Part shown: one piece after another, positions 7,405 to 17,156 of the stretch
Layout of the letters: each line of letters starts with the position of its first letter
Numbering within the stretch: position 1 is the stretch's first letter
Source: Nevskia sp.
Lineage (GTDB): Bacteria > Pseudomonadota > Gammaproteobacteria > Nevskiales > Nevskiaceae
Direction of reading: 5' to 3'
NCBI GenBank assembly: GCA_023229645.1
Contig: JALNYU010000017.1
Span: 13,659-77,658 of the forward strand
Length of the DNA: 64,000 nt
The notes under the pieces: model-generated
What the model was told of the DNA's origin: nothing
Seen by the model: only the letters and a program-made list of their open reading frames with translations
Databases searched by the model: none
Translations under genes and position numbers: made by a program

Positions 7405-7729
7405 TTGCATTGCTAGGAAGTGACGGCTTATTTACGGCGCTCGGTAGTTGATTGGCTTCGACATGAAGCCGACGCACCCGATCCGTCGCTTTGGCCAACG
7501 CGACTCCAATATCCAAATCGCTGTTCGTGTTGACTGATGCTTCTTGCGGAATCAGTCTAGCCGCGACACGGAAGTAATCGGTCGGGTTGGCCTTCGCCCA
7601 TTCGAGCAGCCAGGCTTCGCCGCCGCCTTTCTCGAAGACATTCAGCACCGCTTCCTTGAACGTTGTCGTTATTCGATTCGGCGTGCCCGCTTTTCGGCCG
7701 CTGCCGGGTGTTTTGTATCCGATTGCCAT
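7388..7729 (-). CDS. Terminase small subunit-like protein
   Basis: GSGRKAGTPNRITTTFKEAVLNVFEKGGGEAWLLEWAKANPTDYF resembles short phage TerS-type proteins. Confidence 0.6.
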   Translation of the reverse strand: MAIGYKTPGSGRKAGTPNRITTTFKEAVLNVFEKGGGEAWLLEWAKANPTDYFRVAARLIPQEASVNTNSDLDIGVALAKATDRVRRLHVEANQLPSAVNKPSLPSNAIKENT

Positions 7730-7749
7730 TTGAAATTTCCTCTAAGGGT

Positions 7750-9861
7750 CTATTTTACGCGGCTCGCAGGTGGTGGGCTGCTGGTATCAAGCCCTAAAAG
7801 ATCATTCACGCCAAGTGCGCCAAGCTCTAAATGTTGGCGTGACTGAGGTTCGTTTGGCGCGACTGATAAGGACCAGATTGCCCCGCCGCCGAAACCGTCC
7901 CTGCGGAATTCGACGCCGATCCCCGTTGCGGCGCGTTGGACTGTCCGAAATTTATGACCGGCTTCGGCTGCCGCTGCTTCCACGTCCTTTTTTTGTTTTG
8001 GCCCAGCCGCGAGAAACGACGTGAGCCAGGAAGCGGCACGGACTGCGGCGCCTTGGCCGCCTTCGCGCTTGCCCTCGTGTGTGGCTTCGGCGTCCGCGAG
8101 CAATTCACGGGCATTGCCGTCCACCGGCTCACCCCACCGCACCCTTTGCGCGAACAGCCCGGCGTGTCCGGGTAGTTCGTATTGTTCAAGCTCATAGCCA
8201 AAGCCGCCTTTGTCCGGCCCGATATTCGACTTGGCACGCACCAATAGACGGCCGCCGCCCTGTTCGTCCGGCAGCTTTGCCGTGGCGAGCACGACGCGGG
8301 CGAGCGCCCCAAATGCCACCGACCCGGTGACACGCTCAACCACGTCCCGACCGGCAGTGCCCTTGCTGAAATGCGTGATGCCGACAATCGCACAACGAAG
8401 CCGCTGCCCCAGATCGACCAGCGGCTGTAAGTTACGGCGCGTTTCAGTGTTTTTATGCGAATCGCCCGTAACAACGGATACCACCGGGTCCACAATTAAA
8501 AGCGCTGGACGGAAATTCTGTTTCCGAATTTCCTCTTCCAGTAACGGCAAGTCGGTGGCCGGATCGAATGCGCGACTCGAAGCATCCGCTTCCCAAGTCG
8601 CAGAAATAATATGCACCCGAGACAGATCGGCGCCGCAGGCTTCCAGGCGCGGGCGCAAGGTATCGGCCGGATCATCTTCGCCAGACCAAATGAGCACGTC
8701 CCCTGCATCGGCGTGCGTGCCGTCGGGCCAGCGCCCGCCGGCCGATACGACCGCCGCGAGCGCAAGCATAAGCGAGGTTTTTCCGGTCCCCGGCGCGCCA
8801 GCGACGATGTGCAACTTCCCTCGCGCAAGCCAATCGCGCCAAAGCCAAGCCACTGGCTCCGGCGTGACATCGGCCGCACGGGTGAGCAGCACGCCCGTGG
8901 AGCCGTTGCTCGCATTCGTCTTTGCGGGTGCCGAGCGTGGATTTTTCCAGCCGGCGCGTTGCGACTCGGCGAATACCGCATTGTGCCCTGTGCTCGTCGG
9001 CCGGAGGCTGTCCCAAACGCGCGCCGCGTCCGCCGCGTCGAATTTCTCGCTGGTCTGGCTCCAACTCAACCAAAGCTCGCGCCCAGTGTCATCCAGTTCC
9101 CATAGTGCGTGCGCCACACGCACCCACAGCTGGCGATCATCGGCGCGCAGATGATTCAGCGCTGACCGGAGATCGGAAACGAGTTCATTCGTTATTTCGG
9201 TGGGGTCCAGGCGAGCAAGCGGGGTGGCGTGGTTCGCAGCAGTCGTAACGCTGGGCGAGGTTGGCGGAGATGTTGGGGTAAGCCCCGCGTCCAGCGCCAA
9301 TTGCTCGAAGGCGGCTATGCCGGCCTGCGCTAGCTCGCGCGTCATTGTCGTGTGCAATTTCGCTTCGACTTGGGCCAGTTCGACGAAGTCGCCGACCCAC
9401 TGGTACGGTTGCCGCGTATCGGGATGAATGCCATAGGCGACGAACTGTTGACCGTCTCCGAGAATTTCGAGCCGGTGTTGCTGACCCGCCGCGTCGGTGA
9501 ACGCGCGGCTGGTCATCTTTTTCCAGCCCGGTTCGGATGCGCGGAAAACCAGCAGCGTTTTCGGCGCTTTTCCGGTTCTTTGGCAAGCGGTATCGACGTT
9601 GACCCGGAACCATTCGACCACCTTCGCAACCAGATCGGGATGGGTGGAGTCGATGTCCACCCCCGCGATGGGGTTGTCGCCCTGACCACAAAGTACACCC
9701 CAGCCGTGGCCGGAGAATCGGGGAATATCGGAAGCCGTCAGGCTCGAACGCTGCCATTCTGGAAGAGTCGGTCTTTTCGTCTGCGGGCGGATCGGAACAA
9801 TTCGGTAGCCATTCTCCAGCAACGCATGCGCCTTGTCGGAAAAATCGGCGGTGGCGCTCAT
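7750..9861 (-). CDS. Primase-polymerase + PriCT-2 + AAA_25 helicase replication protein
   Basis: N-terminal Prim-Pol (GWGVLCG..GVDID), PriCT-2 (WLSWSQTSEKFD), Walker A GAPGTGKT, Walker B LLIVDP. Confidence 0.9.
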   Translation of the reverse strand: MSATADFSDKAHALLENGYRIVPIRPQTKRPTLPEWQRSSLTASDIPRFSGHGWGVLCGQGDNPIAGVDIDSTHPDLVAKVVEWFRVNVDTACQRTGKAPKTLLVFRASEPGWKKMTSRAFTDAAGQQHRLEILGDGQQFVAYGIHPDTRQPYQWVGDFVELAQVEAKLHTTMTRELAQAGIAAFEQLALDAGLTPTSPPTSPSVTTAANHATPLARLDPTEITNELVSDLRSALNHLRADDRQLWVRVAHALWELDDTGRELWLSWSQTSEKFDAADAARVWDSLRPTSTGHNAVFAESQRAGWKNPRSAPAKTNASNGSTGVLLTRAADVTPEPVAWLWRDWLARGKLHIVAGAPGTGKTSLMLALAAVVSAGGRWPDGTHADAGDVLIWSGEDDPADTLRPRLEACGADLSRVHIISATWEADASSRAFDPATDLPLLEEEIRKQNFRPALLIVDPVVSVVTGDSHKNTETRRNLQPLVDLGQRLRCAIVGITHFSKGTAGRDVVERVTGSVAFGALARVVLATAKLPDEQGGGRLLVRAKSNIGPDKGGFGYELEQYELPGHAGLFAQRVRWGEPVDGNARELLADAEATHEGKREGGQGAAVRAASWLTSFLAAGPKQKKDVEAAAAEAGHKFRTVQRAATGIGVEFRRDGFGGGAIWSLSVAPNEPQSRQHLELGALGVNDLLGLDTSSPPPASRVK

Positions 9862-10271
9862 TGCCCGCCCCCGATGCGGCTTCCACGCACGGCGGGTGGT
9901 CCGAAATTTTCCTGGGCTGAGATTTCGGCGGCGGTACCGGGGTCTTGCGTCGGCGTCTCAGAATAGGGGGTGGTGGGGGTTGGCCGGTGTTTGGGTCCCT
10001 TTTTTGAGGGCGTTGGTCTGGTCAGGTCGGGATGCGCGTGCGCGGAGCCGCCTTCCGTCGATAGAACATCGCGCAAGTCGCCGACGCGCCATGTGGTGGT
10101 TCGCGGTCCGTGCTTAAAGGGCTTGGGCAACGTGCCGGCCTGTACTCGCCGCCAGACGGTGGAGGCTGAAATTCCGAAGAGGGCTTCTACAACGGGCTGC
10201 CGAACGTGGGCGGCTGCGGGCAAGGAATCGAAGTGACGCAGTGCGTCGGGAATACTGAAACTGGATTGCAT
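9858..10271 (-). CDS. alpA: AlpA-family excisionase/regulator with long C-terminal extension
   Basis: VRQPVVEALFGISASTVWRRVQAGTLPKPFKHGPRTTTWRVGDL; likely ATG at 10271. Confidence 0.82.
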   Translation of the reverse strand: MQSSFSIPDALRHFDSLPAAAHVRQPVVEALFGISASTVWRRVQAGTLPKPFKHGPRTTTWRVGDLRDVLSTEGGSAHAHPDLTRPTPSKKGPKHRPTPTTPYSETPTQDPGTAAEISAQENFGPPAVRGSRIGGGQ

Positions 10272-10313
10272 GGTGTGACTCCGTATAGGTGGAGCCCACA
10301 CAATTCCAGGCGA

Positions 10314-10346
10314 AACGGAACTGAGCCTAGCGAAGTTCCGTTTTTT
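10314..10346. terminator. Hairpin between the unknown ORF and alpA
   Basis: AACGGAACT 10314-10322 / AGTTCCGTT 10334-10342 followed by a T-run on +. Confidence 0.45.
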
Positions 10347-10980
10347 GTTCGCTTGGTGAAAAAAATTTCGCCAGATACTTACGAATCTGACGAGTGCTTA
10401 AGTCGAAGCCCCCGCCCTCGAAGATTCGCGTCGTCAGTTCGCGGCGTGCTACTCCGGCATCGAGCAATCTTATTGCTTTGAGCCAGATTTTTAGTTCTGT
10501 GCAGCTGGTCTCATGCGATTTACTTGCCGCCGTTTTGCGTCCCCCTTTTTGAGCACGATTTCTCGCGGACCGCCCATAAGCGACATCGTCCCGCAGCGCG
10601 GCAAGCGTCTTCCAATGCTGTTGGGTCCGGCCCATGAGGAGCGCGCTCTGTGCCGCAAATAAGAGAACCAGCGGCGAGGTCTTATTTACCCGTCGAAAGA
10701 GCATCGCCAGCAGCGCGTAGGCTTGTGCATCATCCAGATCATCGACCGTTTTAGGCGGCGAAGGCGGCGGACCTAATCCCCGGCGACCATGCAAACGTAT
10801 CGGCATCCATTGCACTATTGAAGGTTCGCCGCTGGCCCGCCATTGCTCGAATAGTTCGAGTGCGAACTGCGGGGCATCTGTTTCGGGAACGGCATTTAAT
10901 GCAACCACCGCCAATACCATTCCGGCGTCCGCCGCGTCCCGATACCAAGACGGGGACATATTTACCTGGTTCTGAGTCAT
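10327..10980 (-). CDS. Hypothetical satellite protein (possible C-terminal HTH)
   Basis: 217-aa ORF 9 bp downstream of int; C-terminal LSTRQIRKYL. Confidence 0.65.
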   Translation of the reverse strand: MTQNQVNMSPSWYRDAADAGMVLAVVALNAVPETDAPQFALELFEQWRASGEPSIVQWMPIRLHGRRGLGPPPSPPKTVDDLDDAQAYALLAMLFRRVNKTSPLVLLFAAQSALLMGRTQQHWKTLAALRDDVAYGRSARNRAQKGGRKTAASKSHETSCTELKIWLKAIRLLDAGVARRELTTRIFEGGGFDLSTRQIRKYLAKFFSPSEQKTELR

Positions 10981-10989
10981 AACCGACCG

Positions 10990-12198
10990 TTACGCTGCTT
11001 TAATTGACACGACCTTGCTTTCCCCTCGACGCAGGCGATCAAGATAATCCGCCCAAGCCTGCATCATCTTCCGGCGTTCGGGCAGGTGTTCAGCGTAGTT
11101 GTAGGCCGCGCGGACCTTGTTGCGCTCGGCATGCGCAAGCTGGCGTTCGATAGCATCGCGGTGCCAGCCTTGTTCGTTCAGCAGCGTGGATGCCATGCTG
11201 CGGAAGCCGTGGCCGCTCATTTCCTCGCCGCTGTAGCCGAGCCGACGCAGTGCGGCGAGTACCGTGTTTTCGCTCATCGGGTCGATATGACGACGGGCAC
11301 TGGGGAAGACGTAGCGGCCCGATCCGGTCAGCGGCTGCAGGTCGCGTAGAACGGTAACGGCTTGCTCGGACAACGGCACGATGTGCGCGGTGCGCATTTT
11401 CATCTTGGCGGCCGGAATGCGCCATTCCGATACGGCAAGGTCGAATTCGCACCATTCGGCGTGTCGGAGTTCGCCGGGGCGCACGAACACCAGCGGCGCC
11501 AGCTTGAGCGCGCAAGCGGTGACGAACGAACCCTGATAGCCGTCGATTGCTCGCAGTAGCGGGCCGATCTGTGCCGGGTCCGTGATGCTGGCGCGGTGGC
11601 GCGTCTTCGGGGTTGCCAGCGCCCCGCGCAGCGGCGCGGTCGGATCGTCGGACGCGCGGCCGGTAGCGACGGCGTAGCGAAACACGCGGCCGGCCTGTTG
11701 CTTGACGCGCTGCGCGGTTTCCAGCTTGCCCCGCGCCTCAATGCGGCGGAGCAACGCCAACATTTCGGGCGCCGTTATGGCGTTGATCGGTTTGGCGCCG
11801 ATCCAGGGAAAGGTTAACGATTCAAACATCCATAGCGCCTTGGCGCGGGTCACGTCGGCGAGGTCTTGCTTTTCCAGCCATTCGCGGGCGATGGCTTCAA
11901 ACGTATTCTTCACCGCCGCCTCGCGCGCGGTCTTTTGTTCCTGCTTGGCCGCACTGGGGTCCGTGCCATCGGCTAACTGCCGCCGGGCTGAATCCAGGCG
12001 CTCCCGAGCTTTAGCCAGGGTGATTTCAGGATAGGTGCCGAGCGCCAGCGTTTTACGCAATCCCTCGTGCCGGTAATCGAAGCGCCACAACTTGGAGCCG
12101 GTGGGTTTCACCAGCAGATAGAGCCCGCGTCCGTCGGCGAGTTTGAAGGGCTTTTCGGCCGGTTTTGCATTTTTCAGCTTGGCGTCGTTCAGTAGCAC
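10990..12198 (-). CDS. int: P4-like tyrosine integrase with Arm-DNA-binding domain
   Basis: KLADGRGLYLLVKPTGSKLW N-terminus; RPGE, HGFR, QLAH...Y catalytic motifs. Confidence 0.96.
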   Translation of the reverse strand: MLLNDAKLKNAKPAEKPFKLADGRGLYLLVKPTGSKLWRFDYRHEGLRKTLALGTYPEITLAKARERLDSARRQLADGTDPSAAKQEQKTAREAAVKNTFEAIAREWLEKQDLADVTRAKALWMFESLTFPWIGAKPINAITAPEMLALLRRIEARGKLETAQRVKQQAGRVFRYAVATGRASDDPTAPLRGALATPKTRHRASITDPAQIGPLLRAIDGYQGSFVTACALKLAPLVFVRPGELRHAEWCEFDLAVSEWRIPAAKMKMRTAHIVPLSEQAVTVLRDLQPLTGSGRYVFPSARRHIDPMSENTVLAALRRLGYSGEEMSGHGFRSMASTLLNEQGWHRDAIERQLAHAERNKVRAAYNYAEHLPERRKMMQAWADYLDRLRRGESKVVSIKAA

Positions 12199-12202
12199 GT
12201 CG

Positions 12203-12256
12203 ATACCGTCAGCACTGGGGATGTACCGTCAGTGATACCGTCAAATTTGGCGGTAC
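12203..12256. repeat. Integrase arm-type sites, right end
   Basis: RTACCGTCA at 12203, 12223 and 12235; inverted GGCGGTAC at 12249-12256. Confidence 0.7.
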
Positions 12257-12287
12257 GTCAAGCGATGGCTTGATACGTTGCGGGCAT

Positions 12288-12322
12288 GAAAAAGGCCATA
12301 AATCCTGTTGGAATATGGCCTT
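12288..12322 (-). terminator. Terminator-like hairpin downstream of tRNA-Thr
   Basis: AAGGCCATA 12292-12300 / TATGGCCTT 12314-12322 with a T-run on -. Confidence 0.5.
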
Positions 12323-12356
12323 ATGAGATGTCGTGAGACCTTGAGAAACCGGTGGA

Positions 12357-12432
<76 letters not shown>

Positions 12433-12508
12433 TGACCGGTCGCACATTATATAGGATTTACGCCGTTGTTCTAGCGATTTTGCGTGCGGTTGACCTAATT
12501 CGGCAATT

Positions 12509-13624
12509 TTAGTGCGTTTGCGGGCGCCGTGCTTCGATGGCGGTGTCGCCGTTGTCGCTGAAAACGCCGTCCACACCCAGCGCGAAGAACTGGCGGTATT
12601 CGTCTAGTGCGCGGCCGTAGAACGTTGGGTAGGCAGCGGCTGCGGCGTCGCCGACGCGTAATTCTGCCGGCAGGAAATTGTTTTCGTTACGGAATGTGTA
12701 CGGATGCACGAGCAGGCCGGCGGCGTGGGCATCGCGCACGAGGGTGGTGGCGGCGAGGGAATTGCCGGCGGCATCGCGCGGCACGATGGCGGTTTTCGGT
12801 GGGCCGATGCCATCGGCATAGCGGGCGATTTCGGCGAGGCCAGCGGGCGTTGTGAGGTCGCCGTAGGTGCGGTTAATGCCGGCGATGACGAAATCAGCCG
12901 GGCGGGTATCGGCGGCGTCGATTAACTGGATGAGGTGGACGCGCGTTTTCTGCCGCAGCGCACGCAGATTGCTGACTTCAAAGGACTGGATGAAGACCGG
13001 CGCATTGCGGCGATCGAGCCCGTTGCGGCGTAGCGTGGCGAGCAGCGGTGCTTCGAGCGAAAGGCCGATGCTGTCGAAATAGCTGGGATGTTTGGTTTCT
13101 GGGTAAATGCCGATGCGGCGGCCGGTTTCTATGCTTTTGCGGCGGGCGAGGTCGATAACTTCCTGCAGCGTCGGGATTGCGTAAAGGCCGTTGTAGAGCG
13201 TATTGCGCTGGCGTAGCTCGGGCAGGCGTTCGACGGCGCGCAGGGTTTTCAGTTCGGCCAGCGTGAAGTCTTCGGTGAACCAGCCGGTGATGCTGACGCC
13301 GTCGATCTGCTTGGTCGCGCGGCGGTCGGCGAATTCGGGATGGTTGGCGACATCAGTCGTCGCGCTGATGTCGTTTTCGTGGCGGGCGACGAGTACGTGG
13401 TCGCGCGTCGAAACCAGATCTGGCTCGATGTAGTCGACGCCGAGTTCAATCGCGAGCGCATAGCTGGCCAGCGTGTGTTCCGGCCGGTAGCCGGCGCTGC
13501 CGCGGTGGCCGATGACGATGGGTTGCGCACGCTCGGTGTCTGCGGCTTCGGCGGCAGTTGCTGCGTGCGGCGCGAGGATTGCCGCAGTTAATGCCAGGGC
13601 GGCAAATTGGATTGCAATGCGCAT
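12509..13624 (-). CDS. glpQ: Glycerophosphodiester phosphodiesterase (exported)
   Basis: Signal peptide; IGHRGSAGYRPEHT, IEPDLV, ETKHP motifs. Confidence 0.93.
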   Translation of the reverse strand: MRIAIQFAALALTAAILAPHAATAAEAADTERAQPIVIGHRGSAGYRPEHTLASYALAIELGVDYIEPDLVSTRDHVLVARHENDISATTDVANHPEFADRRATKQIDGVSITGWFTEDFTLAELKTLRAVERLPELRQRNTLYNGLYAIPTLQEVIDLARRKSIETGRRIGIYPETKHPSYFDSIGLSLEAPLLATLRRNGLDRRNAPVFIQSFEVSNLRALRQKTRVHLIQLIDAADTRPADFVIAGINRTYGDLTTPAGLAEIARYADGIGPPKTAIVPRDAAGNSLAATTLVRDAHAAGLLVHPYTFRNENNFLPAELRVGDAAAAAYPTFYGRALDEYRQFFALGVDGVFSDNGDTAIEARRPQTH

Positions 13625-13774
13625 GCGTTTCTTCTCCTTAAGAAATACGGATCGAGATCGCGGCGGCAAAATTATTGTCTATGCCCCGCGACTGAGCGCC
13701 AGACATCGATGTCGGCGACTGCGGGTACAGACTGAACGCAACAAATGAATGCGGCGTGACCGTTTTGTTAAAGC

Positions 13775-13813
13775 AAAAAAAAGCGGCAGTCGCGTAATGC
13801 CGGCTGCCGCTTT
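13775..13813 (-). terminator. Rho-independent terminator of acnA
   Basis: AAAGCGGCAG/CTGCCGCTTT stem followed by T8 on -. Confidence 0.8.
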
Positions 13814-13869
13814 CAGTATGCCCGACTGCCGTTGACGACTAGGCCGTCAACGGCGCGCGCGGTGTCGCT

Positions 13870-16539
13870 TTACGCTGCAGCCATCTGCCGCAGCATGTAA
13901 TGCAGCACGCCGCCGTTGGCGTAGTAATCCCATTCCTTCGGCGTGTTGATCCGCACCTTGGCTTTGAAGCTGACATTGCTGCCGTCGGCTTTCTTGGCGT
14001 TGACGCTGACTTCGGTGGCGCCGGCGACGAGGCCGTCGAAATCGAATACTTCAGTGCCATCAAGGCCGAGGCTGGCGGCGCTCTGACCGTCAACGAAGTT
14101 CAGCGGCAGCACGCCCATGCCGACGAGGTTGGCGCGGTGAATACGCTCGAAGCTCTCGGAAATAACGGCTTTGACGCCGAGCAGAATCGTGCCTTTCGCC
14201 GCCCAGTCGCGCGACGAACCCGTGCCGTATTCCTTGCCAGCGAGGACAACGAGCGGCGTGCCTTCGGCTTGGTACTTCATCGAGGCATCGTAGATCGCCT
14301 CGACCGGGCCGGCCATGCCATTTTTGTCGATGTACTTCGTCACGCCGCCTTCGACGCCCGGCGTCATCACGTTCTTGATGCGGGTATTGGCGAACGTGCC
14401 GCGCATCATGATTTCGTGATTGCCGCGGCGCGAGCCGAAGCTGTTGAAGTCAGCGCGCTGCACGCCGTGCTCCATCAGATACTTGCCGGCCGGGCCGTCT
14501 TTCTTGATGTCGCCAGCCGGCGAGATGTGGTCGGTGGTGATCGAATCGCCCAACAGCGCCAGCACGCGCGCGCCTTTGATCGTCGGGATGCCGGGCGGCG
14601 TTTTGGTGATGCCGACGAAGTACGGCGGGTTCTGCACGTAGGTGCTCTTGGCATCCCACGGATAGGTTTCCGACGTGGTGATTTTGATCGACTGCCAGCG
14701 TGCATCGCCCTTCAGGACATCGCCGTAGCTGGCTTTGAACAGATCGGCCGTGACCGCCTTGGCGACCAGCTCTTGGATTTCCTTGTTGGTCGGCCAGATG
14801 TCTTTCAGGAACACGTCTTTGCCGTCTTTATCCTTGCCGATCGGTTCCGACGTGAGGTCGAGATCGGTGCTGCCAGCGATTGCGTAGGCGACGACCAGCG
14901 GCGGGCTGGCGAGGTAGTTCATGCGCACGTCTTGGTGCACGCGGCCTTCGAAGTTGCGGTTTCCGGATAGCACGGCCGAAACGCTGAGCTTGTTGTCGAC
15001 GATGGCTTTGCCGATCGGCTCGTTCAGCGGGCCCGAGTTGCCGATGCAGGTGGTGCAGCCGTAAGCAACGATGTTGAAGCCGAGGTATTCCAGATCTTCG
15101 ATCAGGCCGGCTTTCGCCAGATACTCGGTTACCGCTTTCGAGCCGGGGGCGAGCGAGGTCTTAACCCAGGGCTGGGACTTCAAGCCCAACGCGCGCGCCT
15201 TGCGGGCGAGCAGGCCGGCGCCGATCAGCACGCTCGGGTTCGAGGTGTTGGTGCAAGACGTGATCGCCGCGATAACGACGGCGCCGTCTTTGAGTTGGTA
15301 GGTCTGGCCCATGTCGGTAACCGTGGCCGGGCCGGCTGACGGGCGCATTTTCTGCTCGGCTTCGAAGGCCTTGTTGTAGTTGGCTTTGACGTCGGTCAGC
15401 AGCACGCGGTCTTGCGGCCGTTTCGGGCCGGCAAGGCTCGGCTTGATCGTTGCCAGATCGAGGTGCAGCACGTCGGTGTATTCGGCTTCCGGCGCTTCTG
15501 GCGTCCACCACATGCCTTGCGCTTGGGCATAGGCTTTGACGACGGCGATCTGCTCGTCGCTACGGCCGGTCAGGCGCAGATAGTTCAGGGTTTCTTCGTC
15601 GATCGGGAAGATGCCGCAAGTGGCGCCGTATTCCGGGCCCATGTTGGCGATCGTGTTGCGGTCTGAAGCCGAGAGATTGGCCAAGCCCGGGCCGAAGAAT
15701 TCGACAAACTTCTCGACCACGCCGCGCTTACGCAGCATTTCGGTGACGGTTAGCACGAGGTCGGTGGCGGTTGCGCCTTCGGCGAGCTTGCCGGTCACGC
15801 GGACGCCAATGACTTCCGGAATCAGCATCGACGATGGCTGGCCGAGCATCGCCGCTTCGGCTTCGATGCCGCCAACGCCCCAGCCGAGCACGCCGATGCC
15901 ATTGACCATTGTCGTGTGGCTATCGGTGCCGAAGCAGCTGTCTGGGTAGAGCATGCCGTCGCCGTTTTCGAACACGACGCGGGCGAGGTATTCAATATTG
16001 ACCTGGTGCACGATGCCGGTATCCGGCGGCACGGCCTTGAAGTTCTTCAGCGCTTCCTGGCCCCAACGCAGGAAGGTGTAGCGCTCTTCGTTACGCTGGA
16101 ATTCAACTTTCGCGTTGAGATCGAGTGCTTCTTTGGTGCCGTAATGGTCGATCATCACCGAGTGATCGATGACCAGCTCAACCGGGCACAGCGGGTTTAC
16201 TTTGGAAGCATTGCCGCCGAGCGTGGTGATCGCATCGCGCATCGCCGCGAGGTCGACGACGCAGGGCACGCCCGTGAAGTCTTGCAGAATCACGCGTGCC
16301 GGCGTGAAGTTGATGTCTTTTGCCGGGACTTTCTTCAGATCAGCCGTTGCCAGCGCTTTCACTTCTTCGGTCGTCGTGTTCACGCCGTCTTCATGGCGCA
16401 ACAGATTTTCGAGCAGAATTTTGTAGGAATAGGGGAGCCGGGAAACCTTGAACTGCGATTCCAGCTTGGTCAGATCGAAGAAGGTGTAGTTTTTAGAGCC
16501 AACAGTCAGTGTTGACTTGGCCTTGAAGCTGTCCGACAT
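13870..16539 (-). CDS. acnA: Aconitate hydratase A
   Basis: [45 protein letters not shown]. Confidence 0.97.
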   Translation of the reverse strand: MSDSFKAKSTLTVGSKNYTFFDLTKLESQFKVSRLPYSYKILLENLLRHEDGVNTTTEEVKALATADLKKVPAKDINFTPARVILQDFTGVPCVVDLAAMRDAITTLGGNASKVNPLCPVELVIDHSVMIDHYGTKEALDLNAKVEFQRNEERYTFLRWGQEALKNFKAVPPDTGIVHQVNIEYLARVVFENGDGMLYPDSCFGTDSHTTMVNGIGVLGWGVGGIEAEAAMLGQPSSMLIPEVIGVRVTGKLAEGATATDLVLTVTEMLRKRGVVEKFVEFFGPGLANLSASDRNTIANMGPEYGATCGIFPIDEETLNYLRLTGRSDEQIAVVKAYAQAQGMWWTPEAPEAEYTDVLHLDLATIKPSLAGPKRPQDRVLLTDVKANYNKAFEAEQKMRPSAGPATVTDMGQTYQLKDGAVVIAAITSCTNTSNPSVLIGAGLLARKARALGLKSQPWVKTSLAPGSKAVTEYLAKAGLIEDLEYLGFNIVAYGCTTCIGNSGPLNEPIGKAIVDNKLSVSAVLSGNRNFEGRVHQDVRMNYLASPPLVVAYAIAGSTDLDLTSEPIGKDKDGKDVFLKDIWPTNKEIQELVAKAVTADLFKASYGDVLKGDARWQSIKITTSETYPWDAKSTYVQNPPYFVGITKTPPGIPTIKGARVLALLGDSITTDHISPAGDIKKDGPAGKYLMEHGVQRADFNSFGSRRGNHEIMMRGTFANTRIKNVMTPGVEGGVTKYIDKNGMAGPVEAIYDASMKYQAEGTPLVVLAGKEYGTGSSRDWAAKGTILLGVKAVISESFERIHRANLVGMGVLPLNFVDGQSAASLGLDGTEVFDFDGLVAGATEVSVNAKKADGSNVSFKAKVRINTPKEWDYYANGGVLHYMLRQMAAA

Positions 16540-17010
16540 GGCGATGCGTCTCCGATCAGAATAGCAGGGCACAGCGCCCCGCAAGGGCACAATAAATGGG
16601 TCAAAAAGTATACAGTAGGGAGATTTACTGCTCGGTGAATCTTACTTAGCACGATGTTGCAGGTAACGCCGAAACAACCAGAATACCGGTATAAAAGTTA
16701 TTAAAAACATTGCGTTATGCTGTTCAGCGGCAGTTACCACAGTTTTTGCTAGCGGCTGCCGCCGGTAAAGGGCGAACTGAGAAAAGCTGGAAAATCTCTT
16801 ATTGCGCTCGCTGGCCGCGAATTTCCCGCAGCCACGGTAGATCTGGTGCCGATGGCAGGCTTACGGGTTGACGTCGGTGTAGGTTAGGGAGAAAACTTAC
16901 AGGGAAACGGCGTACGTGCGCGCTGCCGTTATGAGTTGCCCGAAACAAGAAATAGATCGAATCGGGCGATTGGCGCAGTGCCTGAAATGTAGGGCATAGT
17001 GCCACCGAAG

Positions 17011-17086
17011 TGGCGCTCCTACCGGGATTCGAACCCGGGTTTAAGCCTTGAGAGGGCTCCGTCCTAGGCCTCTAGACGATAGGAGC
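17011..17086 (-). tRNA. tRNA-Glu(CTC)
   Basis: GCTCCTATCGTCTAGAGGCCTAGGAC, anticodon loop CT-CTC-AA, CCA end. Confidence 0.92.
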
Positions 17087-17156
17087 AATGCAATGCGTCG
17101 CGTATTATAGAGGACATTCGCGGTTTCGCATCGGCGAAAAACGGATTTCCGCGAAG

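Noticed and set aside
16598-16620. CTGTATACTTTT (minus strand) upstream of acnA as a LexA box
   Set aside because: Only a half site; the distal ACAG is absent
17088-17156. Track start of pcnB at 17088
   Set aside because: It abuts the tRNA-Glu 5' end and leaves no promoter space; a later start is more plausible
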